Positions 46,923 to 55,863 of a stretch of 64,000 bases of DNA are shown piece after piece (within the stretch, counting starts at the first letter, position 1; each line of letters starts with the position of its first letter). Source of the stretch: Gemmatimonadales bacterium (GTDB taxonomy: Bacteria > Gemmatimonadota > Gemmatimonadetes > Gemmatimonadales > GWC2-71-9); contig DATBJH010000077.1 in assembly GCA_036556505.1 (NCBI GenBank), forward strand, positions 6,862-70,861, read 5' to 3'. A program made the translations under genes and the position numbers. The notes under the pieces were generated by a model. That model was given only the letters and a program-made list of their open reading frames with translations, had not been told where the DNA came from and ran no database searches.

Positions 46923-48192
46923 CGGCGCCTCTGCCGAGTCCGACGCGGTCGAGCAGCTGCTGCATCTCCACCGCCGCGCGGGCGAGCGCGTCCTGGGGCT
47001 GGGCCTGTCGGCTCAGCGCGCGGTGGAGCTGGATCTGCAGAATCTCGGAAAGCTGGGTGTAGACCGGCGTCACCGGCCGGGGCACGGCGGCCTCGATGAT
47101 CTCGCGAGCCTGGGCGGGAGGGATCTCGAGCGCGGCGGCGAGGGCGGGGTCGTCGTAGATCGCCGTGCGGGTGGGGAACTGGCCGACGATCCGCGCCCGC
47201 TCCAACATCTGCTCGGGACGAGTGAGATATTCGATCACCTGCCACGCGGCTTCGGCCTCGGGGCTGAAGGCGTTGATCGCCAGCTGCGCGCCGCCGAAAG
47301 CCGCCGTCGGATGTCCGCCGGGCCCCGCCGGCATCGGCGCCACCGCGAACCGGCCTGCCACCCTGGACTCCGCCGTGTCACCCATCGGCCCCGCCGCGTA
47401 GGGCCAGTTCCGCATCATCGCCGCCTCGCCGTTCTGGAACGCGAAGCGCGGCTCCTCCTCGTGCCAGGTGAGCACCCGCCCCGGCACGACGCCGAGGCGG
47501 TGGATCTGGTCACGCATCAGGGTGAGCGCGCGCACGCCAGGGGCTTCCGCCACGGTCACCCGGCCGCCGTCGAGAATCCGGCCACCGAACCCGCCCAGAT
47601 ACTCCAGGAACACCGTCACCAGACCCTCGTAGCGCGCCCCCTGCCACACCAGACCGTAGCGCGGCGATCCGTCCGCGATCGCACGGCCCACCTCCCGGTC
47701 CAGCTCGTCCCACGTCGTCGGCGCCTGCTGGAAGAGATCGGTCCTCCAGTACAGCATCCCGACGTCCACGAACCACGGCATCGCGAAGAGTTGACCCTGC
47801 CAACGGTTGGCGTCGATGGTCACGGGGAAGAAATCGGCGGTGTCGGAGGCGTAGCGGTCGAGAGGGAGGATCCAGCCTGCCGCCGCGAACTCAGGGGTCC
47901 AGATAGCGTCCACCTGGAGGATGTCGGGGTCGGTGGCCTGCGCGTTGAGCCACTGCACGTAGAGCTGGTGGCGGAGGTCGGCGGCGTCCGGCGTCGGGCG
48001 CATCTCCACCCGAATCTCCTGGTGCTCTCGATCGAACCGATCCAGCTGCAGGCGCAGGATCTTGCCTTCCGCGCCCAGGACGCTGCCGGACACCGTGACC
48101 GTAGTGGGCCCTCCCGTCGGCTCGGGCCCACACCCCAGCGCGCACAGCACCGCCACCCCACCGACCACCGAGCGTCCCGGCTTGCGATTCAC
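46909..48192 (-). CDS. ABC transporter extracellular solute-binding lipoprotein (CUT1 family)
   Basis: GTG at 48192, preceded by GGGAGGAG. It has a lipobox-like VAVLCALGC and a family-1 SBP-like sequence. The ORF-track start at 48279 is less likely. Confidence 0.85.
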   Translation of the reverse strand: MNRKPGRSVVGGVAVLCALGCGPEPTGGPTTVTVSGSVLGAEGKILRLQLDRFDREHQEIRVEMRPTPDAADLRHQLYVQWLNAQATDPDILQVDAIWTPEFAAAGWILPLDRYASDTADFFPVTIDANRWQGQLFAMPWFVDVGMLYWRTDLFQQAPTTWDELDREVGRAIADGSPRYGLVWQGARYEGLVTVFLEYLGGFGGRILDGGRVTVAEAPGVRALTLMRDQIHRLGVVPGRVLTWHEEEPRFAFQNGEAAMMRNWPYAAGPMGDTAESRVAGRFAVAPMPAGPGGHPTAAFGGAQLAINAFSPEAEAAWQVIEYLTRPEQMLERARIVGQFPTRTAIYDDPALAAALEIPPAQAREIIEAAVPRPVTPVYTQLSEILQIQLHRALSRQAQPQDALARAAVEMQQLLDRVGLGRGAVAVR

Positions 48193-48306
48193 ACCCGCTC
48201 CTCCCTTGTGTGCCAGGGTAACCTTCCACGGAACGACACGCCAGCGTGAGGTTCCCGACGTGACCCATGCCACCGCCATACGAACCCCATCGGCCGCAGC
48301 GTAACC

Positions 48307-48972
48307 ATGCCCATGCCGACCCGGGTGTTCCTGCTCTCACCGGCACACTTGGGCGGCAAGCGCGCGCAGGTGCTTCTCCGGGACGAGGCCGCCTTCCCGC
48401 TGGCCGTCCGGCTTCGCGAGCCGGGAGGCGTGGCCCTGGGCGAGGCATTCAGCTTCCTGAGCGGACTCTATTTCCGCGGGAAGCTGGCGTACGCGGTCCG
48501 TTTCGCTCGGCCGCCGGGCGGCGTCCCGGGCGTGCAGGTGATCACGGCGAACCGGGGCCTCGTGGCTGCCGACGCGCCGGTGAGCCCCGCGGAGCTCCGG
48601 GCGTTCGGTTTGGTGGACATCCGCCCGGACGATCCCCGCTATCGCGCTCCGCTGCTGCGGGACGCCGCCCGGCTCGCCGAGCATCCCGGCCTCGAGCTGG
48701 TGCTGCTCGGAAGTGTGGCCACGGGGAAGTACGTGGACGTGCTGCTCGACGTCGTGGGCGAGCGGCTCCTCTTTCCGACCGACTTCGCGGGCCGCGGCGA
48801 CATGAGCCGCGGAGCCCTGCTCCTGCGCTCGGCGCGCGAGGGTCGGGAGCTGGACTATGAGCCGGTGGCGGGCGCGCTCGCTCGTCTGCGGCCGCGAACC
48901 AGAGGAGCGACGAATGTCGCCGAGGACCGGGGGCGTGGCGGCGGCGGCTCGCATTCCGAAGACCCGGAGTGA
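48307..48972 (+). CDS. Hypothetical protein (221 aa), no recognised domain
   Basis: The ORF has an ATG start and a coding-like composition (VFLLSPAHLGGKRAQVLL...LLGSVATGKYVD). Its 3' end overlaps the LigD-pol gene start by 59 nt. Confidence 0.5.
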   Translation: MPMPTRVFLLSPAHLGGKRAQVLLRDEAAFPLAVRLREPGGVALGEAFSFLSGLYFRGKLAYAVRFARPPGGVPGVQVITANRGLVAADAPVSPAELRAFGLVDIRPDDPRYRAPLLRDAARLAEHPGLELVLLGSVATGKYVDVLLDVVGERLLFPTDFAGRGDMSRGALLLRSAREGRELDYEPVAGALARLRPRTRGATNVAEDRGRGGGGSHSEDPE

Positions 48973-49864
48973 CGTCGAGCTTCGCGTCGGCAGACGGACG
49001 GTCGCGCTCAGCAACCTGGATAAGGTCTTTTTTCCCGAAACCGGACTCACCAAACGGGATCTGCTCCAATACTACGTAGACGTAGCGCCGGCGCTCCTGC
49101 CCCACCTGCGCGACCGGGCGATGGTGATGAAGCGCTACCCCAACGGGATCCGGGGCAAGTGGTTCTTCATGAAGCGGGCGCCGTCGCCCAGGCCGGAGTG
49201 GATAGAGACCTGCGAGATCATGCACAAGTCGCGCAACCTGATCGCGTTTCCGATGGTGCAGGATCTCGCCTCGCTGCTCTGGGTCATCAACCTCGGCTGC
49301 ATCGACCTGAATCCCTGGTACGGTCGCTGCGACGACCCGGATCGCCCGGACTTCCTGAACTTCGACCTCGATCCCGCGCGGGGAGCGACCTTCGCCGCCG
49401 TACGGGAGACGGCGATCGTGGTGCGGGACGCCCTGGCCGAGCTGGGCATGAAGCCGCTGGTGAAGACCACCGGCTCCGAGGGCCTCCACCTCTACGTGGG
49501 GATCGTGCGCGGCCCCACGCAGAAGCAGGTGTGGGATTTCGCCAAACAGCTCGCCATGCGACTGGAGAAGGAACACCCCCGGCTGGTCACGACCGAGTTC
49601 CTGGTGGCGGACCGTCCGCGCGGCAGGGTGCTGGTGGACTACAACCAGAACGCCTGGGGACGCACGCTCGCTTCGGTGTATTCGGTCCGGCCCAAGAAAT
49701 TCGCCGGGGTGTCCACCCCGGTGCGCTGGGAGGAAGTGGAGCGTGGATTCGAGGTCGCGGATTTCAGGCTGGACAACGTGCCCGCGCGGCTGGGCCGCCT
49801 GGGAGACCTGTGGCGGCCGGTCCTCTCGGGCCGCGGCCGGTTCCGGCTGGAGGAGGTCCTCTGA
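48914..49864 (+). CDS. Stand-alone LigD polymerase/primase domain protein (NHEJ polymerase, AEP superfamily)
   Basis: ATG at 48914, preceded by GGAG. It has VALSNLDKVFFPETGLTKRDLLQYY, KRYPNGI, DLDP and VKTTGSEGLHLYV, which are typical LigD-Pol blocks. Confidence 0.85.
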   Translation: MSPRTGGVAAAARIPKTRSDVELRVGRRTVALSNLDKVFFPETGLTKRDLLQYYVDVAPALLPHLRDRAMVMKRYPNGIRGKWFFMKRAPSPRPEWIETCEIMHKSRNLIAFPMVQDLASLLWVINLGCIDLNPWYGRCDDPDRPDFLNFDLDPARGATFAAVRETAIVVRDALAELGMKPLVKTTGSEGLHLYVGIVRGPTQKQVWDFAKQLAMRLEKEHPRLVTTEFLVADRPRGRVLVDYNQNAWGRTLASVYSVRPKKFAGVSTPVRWEEVERGFEVADFRLDNVPARLGRLGDLWRPVLSGRGRFRLEEVL

Positions 49865-49960
49865 ATTGGCGGTGATCGGGATCACTACTCGTTGCTGTGC
49901 ATGGGGTTAGCATACCTGCGAGTCGGGATGCTCCGACCATCTCCACGGGAGGTAGTGACA

Positions 49961-50305
49961 ATGCCGTTCGACAACACCTGGGACCAGGAAGACGCGTGGT
50001 GGCGTGAGAACTACGGGGGTCGCCCGTATGCCACCGGCCGCAGCTATGAGGAGTTTCAACCAGGATACCGCTACGGATACGAGTCCGGGCGGCATCATCT
50101 GGGCAGGACGTGGAACGAGGTGGAAGCGGATCTTCGGACCGGCTGGGACAAGTACGAGCACCGGGGTACGTCCACCTGGGAGAGAATCAAGGATGCGGTG
50201 CGCGATGCGTGGCACCGGGTCACCGGTCAGAACGACATGGAGGCGAGCCGGATGAGCGAGAGCGAAGTCGATCGGCTCTCGCATGGTGGCAGGCCGCGGA
50301 ACTAG
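49961..50305 (+). CDS. Small Trp/Tyr-rich hypothetical protein (114 aa)
   Basis: ATG at 49961, preceded by GGGAGG. The sequence is MPFDNTWDQEDAWWRENYGGRPY...GYRYGYESG.... The family is not identified. Confidence 0.55.
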   Translation: MPFDNTWDQEDAWWRENYGGRPYATGRSYEEFQPGYRYGYESGRHHLGRTWNEVEADLRTGWDKYEHRGTSTWERIKDAVRDAWHRVTGQNDMEASRMSESEVDRLSHGGRPRN

Positions 50306-50317
50306 GCCTCGAGGTAG

Positions 50318-50384
50318 TGTCACCTTGAACGCTGTGAAGGGGGCCATGTTCGGCATGGTCCCCTTCGCTACGCTCAGGGTGACA
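50318..50384. repeat. REP/MITE-like palindromic element, copy 4 (TGTCACCTTGAACGCTGTGAAGGGGGCCATGTTCGGCATGGTCCCCTTCGCTACGCTCAGGGTGACA)
   Basis: Inverted repeat read directly. It overlaps the stop codon and last codons of the minus-strand FG-GAP gene. Confidence 0.85.
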
Positions 50385-52206
50385 AACGCTCCCAGTACAC
50401 CATCCCGCCTCCCGCTCCGCCCAGCACCAGATCCACATCCCCGTCGCCATCGAGGTCCCCCGCGGCGGGCGCGGCCAGCAGAGGCACTTCCAGGGCGAAC
50501 GTCGAGTCGCGCACCAGCCGTGCGGCCGAGCCTGAGCCGTCATTGCGGAAGAGTGCGACCCCGTCGCTCTCCGAGCCGACCAGCAGGTCGAGATCTCCGT
50601 CTCCATCCAGATCGACCAGCGCCGGTGCGCTCCGCCGGCCGACCCGGATCTGCTCGAACTCGTCGCTGACCAGCTCGAAGCGGGGGGCGCGCGCATCGCC
50701 GGCGTTCCGGTAGTAGTTGAGCCAGCCCGAAGATTCACCCACCAGCAGGTCCTGGTCCCCGTCGCCATCGAGATCGCCGAGCGCGGGGACAGTGTTGCTG
50801 CCGCGGGTGATGGTGACGAGTGCGGTGTCCGCCGCTTCGAAGCCGGCGGCGGTGCCGCGGTACCAGGCCAGACGTGGCCCCCATTGACCGAGGAGTGCGT
50901 CGAGCCGTCCGTCGCCGTCGAGGTCGGCGAACGCCGGGGACGCGTGGAACCGCCGGCCGAGGGCAAGCGGGGCGCGCATCCGGAAGGCCGGGCGCCGAAC
51001 GGTACCGACGTTCTCCAGCCGATAGACGAATGACGTTCGCGGATCCGAGGGATCGAGCTTGTTCGAGAGCACCAGGTCGAGATCGCCGTCGCCATCGAGA
51101 TCGGCGATCGCGGGGATCGACTCACTCCCGATGTCGAGCACGGGGAGCAGGCGGCGGCTGCGCACCTGCCAGGCGGAGCCCTCGCGCGTCAGGTAGTAGA
51201 GGTTTTCGGCGGAGGTGCGCAAGGGGTTGTAGGCCCCGCCGAGCACCCCTATGACCAGGTCGGCCCGGCCGTCTCCGCTCAGGTCGCCGAAGGCCGGCGC
51301 ATTGTAGCCCGAGGTGAGCAGCGGGCTGCCAACGGGGAATTGCACCGGCGGACTGCGGAAATTCGGCGCGTGGCAGGTGCCGCTGTTCGGGATCAGCAGG
51401 AGCCCCGGCTCGAAGAAGTCGCCCCAGAAGAGATCGAGGTCCCGATCGCCGTCGTGGTCCGCCAGTGCCATGGTGTTGGCGCCGTGCATACTCGGCCCTA
51501 CCGGCAGGGTCGGGCCGCCCTGCTGGCCGATGATCCTGATGCCCTCGAACTCGTTCGCCACCAGGCGGAAGGACGGCGCGCCCCGGGGATCGGAGGTCGC
51601 CGCCTCGTAGCGAGCCACCGTGCCGTCCAATCTCCCGATCAGGAGGTCGGAACGGCCGTTGCAATCGAGGTCGCCGAGCTGGGGAATGTTCTGCCGGTCG
51701 GAGAAGATCGGGGTGCGGTCCACGTCCCGCAGCGTGTCGGCAGCCAGGACGAAGCGGTACGCGCCCCGCGCCCCGTCGTTCCGGTAGTACTTGATGTAGC
51801 TGAACGGCTGCTCGGCGAGGAGATCGAGGTCGCCGTCGCCATCGACATCCGCGAAGCGGTACCACTCGCCGACGTCGAGGTCGCCGTACCTGGAGCTCCG
51901 AGGCATGAACCGGGGCAGGCCGTCGCGCTCGCCGTCACGCTCGAAGAGGGCGACACTCCCGGTCACTTCCTGGAGGAAGAGGTCGAGATCGCCGTCACCA
52001 TCCGCGTCCACGAGCTGGGGTCGTGGCGCATTGAAGCCCCCATGGAACGGCAGCTCGAGCGGGCGGCCGAGGGTGTCCGTCACCTCGAAGGGGGCGATGA
52101 CGGCCCGGTATCGGCCGCCGCCCACCTCGGGGTTCGGAGGCCCGACGGAAGCGCCGCCGCACGCCGTCGCGGCGAGGAGGAGGAGCGGGCCCGGCCGGAG
52201 CTTCAG
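50374..52206 (-). CDS. FG-GAP/VCBS-repeat lipoprotein (integrin-alpha-like beta-propeller)
   Basis: The ORF track begins at GTG 52125. The in-frame upstream sequence encodes (L)KLRPGPLLLLAATACGGAS, a lipoprotein signal reachable only from CTG 52206, which overlaps the upstream TGA. There are many D.DGDGD.DL repeats. Confidence 0.8.
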   Translation of the reverse strand: MKLRPGPLLLLAATACGGASVGPPNPEVGGGRYRAVIAPFEVTDTLGRPLELPFHGGFNAPRPQLVDADGDGDLDLFLQEVTGSVALFERDGERDGLPRFMPRSSRYGDLDVGEWYRFADVDGDGDLDLLAEQPFSYIKYYRNDGARGAYRFVLAADTLRDVDRTPIFSDRQNIPQLGDLDCNGRSDLLIGRLDGTVARYEAATSDPRGAPSFRLVANEFEGIRIIGQQGGPTLPVGPSMHGANTMALADHDGDRDLDLFWGDFFEPGLLLIPNSGTCHAPNFRSPPVQFPVGSPLLTSGYNAPAFGDLSGDGRADLVIGVLGGAYNPLRTSAENLYYLTREGSAWQVRSRRLLPVLDIGSESIPAIADLDGDGDLDLVLSNKLDPSDPRTSFVYRLENVGTVRRPAFRMRAPLALGRRFHASPAFADLDGDGRLDALLGQWGPRLAWYRGTAAGFEAADTALVTITRGSNTVPALGDLDGDGDQDLLVGESSGWLNYYRNAGDARAPRFELVSDEFEQIRVGRRSAPALVDLDGDGDLDLLVGSESDGVALFRNDGSGSAARLVRDSTFALEVPLLAAPAAGDLDGDGDVDLVLGGAGGGMVYWERLSP

Positions 52207-53279
52207 GGGCAGGATCCGGCGGCCGCGCCGCGGGAGCGGGCCGGTGTCATGCCGAGCCCCGCCGCGTAGTTCCCGACGCTGAGGACCGTGTCCACGCTGC
52301 GGCTCGCGACGCAGATAGAGACGACCGTTCCCGGCGCCGTCGGCTTCCCGCCGGCGTGATCGTGCACGCCACCCGCCTGGTGCCGGTTCCCGACGAACAC
52401 ATGGGAGCCGTCGGGCGAGAGTGCGATGCCGTGCGGTTGGCCATAGCCCGCGTTCTCGGGCAGGACCACCACCGACCAGTCGCGCGTGTCCACCGCCGCG
52501 ACGCGGTTGGCGTTGAGCGCGGTGACGAAGATGGTCCTGCCGTCGGGCGTGAAGACGGGCTCGAAGGGCCCATCCGGCATCCCCAGCCCTCGGAGCAGAC
52601 GCGGTGCCCCGGACCGCGAGAGATCGAAGATCAACAGCGAGTCGGTGAGCTCCGCCGTGGCCGCCAGCAGCTTTCCGTCCGGCGAGACCGCCAGCTGCAC
52701 GAAGCCATGGGGGCTCCCCGGCACGTCCAGCAGTCGCACCTCACCGTCATCCACACCGACGCTGGCGATCTGGTTGGTGCCGAGGCTGGCGACGTAGACC
52801 ACATCGCCCTTGGGGTGAACGACGATACCGTGCGGGCGCGGGAAGAGGAGATCCACCTCGTCCAGCACCGCCATGTCGGATCGTCGGATGACCGCCATCC
52901 GCGGCGGAGGGTTCACCGCGCTCATCGAACGGGCCACGAACATCAGGTCCTTCGACGGGTGCAACGCGATCAGCCCGGGCACCTCCATCTCGGCGCTGCC
53001 CAGCACCCGGTCGTTGCGGTCGAGCTTGAGGACCTTCCCCGCTCCGATCAGGGTGACGTACCAGGCGTGGCCATCGGGCTCCACCTGCACATGATGCGGC
53101 TTGGCATTGTCTCCCACGCCGTAGCGACGGAGGTCCACCGTGCGCAACAAGCGGCGACTCACCGGGTCGATGACCGACACGGTGGCGTCGTCCTGGTTGG
53201 GCACGTAGAGCTGCGCCGCGAGCGGGAGCGGGGCCGCAGCAAGGAGCAGGACGACCCCCGCCATCGTGCGAGATCTCAT
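52203..53279 (-). CDS. Secreted YVTN/YncE-like seven-bladed beta-propeller protein
   Basis: 358-aa ORF with the signal peptide MRSRTMAGVVLLLAAAPLPLAAQ. It has repeated blades of the V.VID....V....V.VG..PHG...SPDG type. The start overlaps the upstream stop (ATGA). Confidence 0.8.
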   Translation of the reverse strand: MRSRTMAGVVLLLAAAPLPLAAQLYVPNQDDATVSVIDPVSRRLLRTVDLRRYGVGDNAKPHHVQVEPDGHAWYVTLIGAGKVLKLDRNDRVLGSAEMEVPGLIALHPSKDLMFVARSMSAVNPPPRMAVIRRSDMAVLDEVDLLFPRPHGIVVHPKGDVVYVASLGTNQIASVGVDDGEVRLLDVPGSPHGFVQLAVSPDGKLLAATAELTDSLLIFDLSRSGAPRLLRGLGMPDGPFEPVFTPDGRTIFVTALNANRVAAVDTRDWSVVVLPENAGYGQPHGIALSPDGSHVFVGNRHQAGGVHDHAGGKPTAPGTVVSICVASRSVDTVLSVGNYAAGLGMTPARSRGAAAGSCP

Positions 53280-55738
53280 GGCAGCACGGTGCTCGGCTGG
53301 TAGCGGACCAGGAAGAGTCCCTCCCGCATGCTGGTGGCGGCGACCACACCGCTCTTGAAGTAGGGATAGTTGCTCCAGGACCCGGAGAATCCCGGCAGGT
53401 TCTCTCCCACCGGCACGGTATCGAAGTATCCCACTTCCACCGGGTTGGTCGGATCGCTCACGTCCACCACTCGAAGCCCCGCCACGTAGTTCGACTGGTA
53501 CATGTAGCGGCCCTTCACGTACAGGTTATGGTCCGACGCGGCGGTGTTGCCGTAGAACTCCTTCGCGACGACGGGGTCCTCGAGATCGGTGAGGTCGAAG
53601 ACCAGCGTGCGGGTCCGGGGCGCCGTGCCCGCCAGCTCGTCGCCCTCGTCGTCGAGGAAGAAGTAGCGCTGGTCGTCGGTCAGCCAACCCTGATGGGCGT
53701 AGGCCACGTTGGGATACGCGGCCGTGCCGATCGCCTTGGGACTCGCCTTGTCGGTCACGTCGGCGATCCCGAGGGCGATCTCCGACGCGGTGAAACAGAT
53801 CTCGCGCCCGTGGTAGCGGGCATCGGGACCATGGTACACCACGCACTGGGCATCATGGGTGTAGCCCGTGCGCTGCAGCCCGAGCGACGGGTCGGCGAAG
53901 CACCCCGCGAACTTGGGCTTCGCCGGCTCCCGGATGTCCACCATGTGGAGGGCCCCGCCGCAGGTCGTGCCGCCCATGCTGTTCCCCACCGGATAGGCGA
54001 ATCCGGTGGCCTCGTTGATCACGATGTTGTGGGCGCTGGCGATCTGGTCGTAATGGGCAGTCTCCCGGAACGTCTGCGGCGTGGTCACGCCGAGGAGCTG
54101 GGTGAGATCGAAGACCTGCATGCCGTGGGGACCCGCGCCGTCGGCCACGATGAAGGCGTGATTTCTATAGACCTTGATGTCGCGCCAGATGTTCGGGCGC
54201 GCGCCGGCGTGCAGCGGCAAATCACCCAGATACTTCGGATTCGCCGGGTCGGTGACCTCGACGAACGAGGTGCCGTCGGTGCGCCCGACGATGGCGAACT
54301 CGCGGCCGCTGGTGGAATCGGTCCAGCCCCACAGGTCGTTGAGGAGCGTGCCGCGCTTGGCGCCGATGGCGCTCTTCGGCAGGAAGCTGACGAGGTCGGC
54401 GTCGCGGCAATCGAACCCGCGGGCCTTGCCGCTCTGACACTTCACCTCGCCGCCCGCGACGGCCGGCAGGACACTGGAGATGGTGTCGGTCACCGTGGTG
54501 ACCTCTCGCCAGCTTCCACCGGCAGCATCCCGCTGATAGAGCAGCCCATAGCCCTCGAAGAAGTCGGCCAGCGGGGCGCCCGCGATCGCGAGTCCACCTC
54601 GGGCCGCGAGCGTCGCGCCCAGCCGGGTGGCGAACCCCGCGGGCGGTGTCACCAGCAGCTGCTTCTGCCGCCACCCCGACGACCCGCGTCGGAACACGTG
54701 AACGGCCCCGGCGTTCATGCCGACGAGGGGGGCTCCGACCAGCAGGTCACTGCCGTCCCACGCGAGCGAGGATCCGAAGCCGGCGGGTCTGACGGCGGAG
54801 TCGGGTGCGATGGTGCCCGCCTGGGTCCAGGTGGTGCCCTGTCTGGTGAATCGAACGACCGTGCCGGCCAGACTGTCCGTACGCGGCGCACCGATGAGCG
54901 CCTCGGTTCCCTCCAGCAGGACGGCCATCCCCATCGCCCCATTGCCGGCCGGCGTCGGCGGTGTCAGACGCGTCTCCTCACTCCACTTGCCGCCGGCCGA
55001 GCGGAAGACGAACGCCTGTCCCGGCCGCAACCGGGTGCTGTCGAGGGGTCCAGCGGTACCGCCGGGGGCGCCGACCAGCGCGCGCTGGCCGTCGAACGCG
55101 ACCGCGGCACCGAACCAGTCCCCCGCCGCGGTGGCCCCGGGCTGGATGGTGCCCCGCAGCGTCCACTCGCCCGCGGTCCGACCCCGGGCGAAGACGAGAA
55201 CCGATCCACGCTCCTCGTCGCGACCGGGCGCGCCTGCGAGTAGGACACCAGCGCGGACCGCGACCGCCGCGCCCAGCCGGTCGCCCTCGGCTCCGCCCTT
55301 CGCGGTGACTCGGGCGCGCTCACTCCAACGCCCATCGGAGCCACGCTCGAACACGTAGACGGCACCGCCCCCCGGCGCTCCCGGCGCACCGACCAGCAAC
55401 AGGTTCTTCTCCGCGGCAAGCGCGGACCCGAATCCGTCTCCCAGCGTGCCGTCCTTCGCGTGGAGCATTTCCCCTTCCACCCAGCCGCCACCCTCGCGAC
55501 GGAACACATGCACCGTACCGGCGTGCGTGGGCGGCATCGGGAAGCCCACCAGAACTCCCGGGCGCCCGATGAGCACCTGGTCGCCGAGGACCAGCGCGGA
55601 TCCGCCGAACCCGATCACGCCGAGCGAGTCGGGCGAAGGGTCGGGAGACGAGGCAGCGACCGCGCGGCCGCTCCGGAGCACGAGGAGAGCGGCCACGGCA
55701 GCCGCCGCGAGGGGGAACGACAGACGAGCATGACGCAT
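53276..55738 (-). CDS. Secreted protein: N-terminal FG-GAP-like repeats plus a C-terminal LVIVD-repeat / choice-of-anchor-B-like domain
   Basis: 820-aa ORF with a signal peptide and repeated G.GFG.S.A......L.GAP units. The C-terminal part has LNDLWGWTD...GREFAIVG...VTDPANP...HN. The family names are from memory. Confidence 0.8.
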   Translation of the reverse strand: MRHARLSFPLAAAAVAALLVLRSGRAVAASSPDPSPDSLGVIGFGGSALVLGDQVLIGRPGVLVGFPMPPTHAGTVHVFRREGGGWVEGEMLHAKDGTLGDGFGSALAAEKNLLLVGAPGAPGGGAVYVFERGSDGRWSERARVTAKGGAEGDRLGAAVAVRAGVLLAGAPGRDEERGSVLVFARGRTAGEWTLRGTIQPGATAAGDWFGAAVAFDGQRALVGAPGGTAGPLDSTRLRPGQAFVFRSAGGKWSEETRLTPPTPAGNGAMGMAVLLEGTEALIGAPRTDSLAGTVVRFTRQGTTWTQAGTIAPDSAVRPAGFGSSLAWDGSDLLVGAPLVGMNAGAVHVFRRGSSGWRQKQLLVTPPAGFATRLGATLAARGGLAIAGAPLADFFEGYGLLYQRDAAGGSWREVTTVTDTISSVLPAVAGGEVKCQSGKARGFDCRDADLVSFLPKSAIGAKRGTLLNDLWGWTDSTSGREFAIVGRTDGTSFVEVTDPANPKYLGDLPLHAGARPNIWRDIKVYRNHAFIVADGAGPHGMQVFDLTQLLGVTTPQTFRETAHYDQIASAHNIVINEATGFAYPVGNSMGGTTCGGALHMVDIREPAKPKFAGCFADPSLGLQRTGYTHDAQCVVYHGPDARYHGREICFTASEIALGIADVTDKASPKAIGTAAYPNVAYAHQGWLTDDQRYFFLDDEGDELAGTAPRTRTLVFDLTDLEDPVVAKEFYGNTAASDHNLYVKGRYMYQSNYVAGLRVVDVSDPTNPVEVGYFDTVPVGENLPGFSGSWSNYPYFKSGVVAATSMREGLFLVRYQPSTVLP

Positions 55739-55863
55739 GGGGAGATTCCTGAGTAGAGGCGTGGGAAGAGTCTACACCGCGAAGCTCCTCCTGGGAACAC
55801 GGCGGCTTAACGTCCGCGTGGGAGCTCCGTCCATCGAGGGCACACCCAACCAGAGGAACGACG

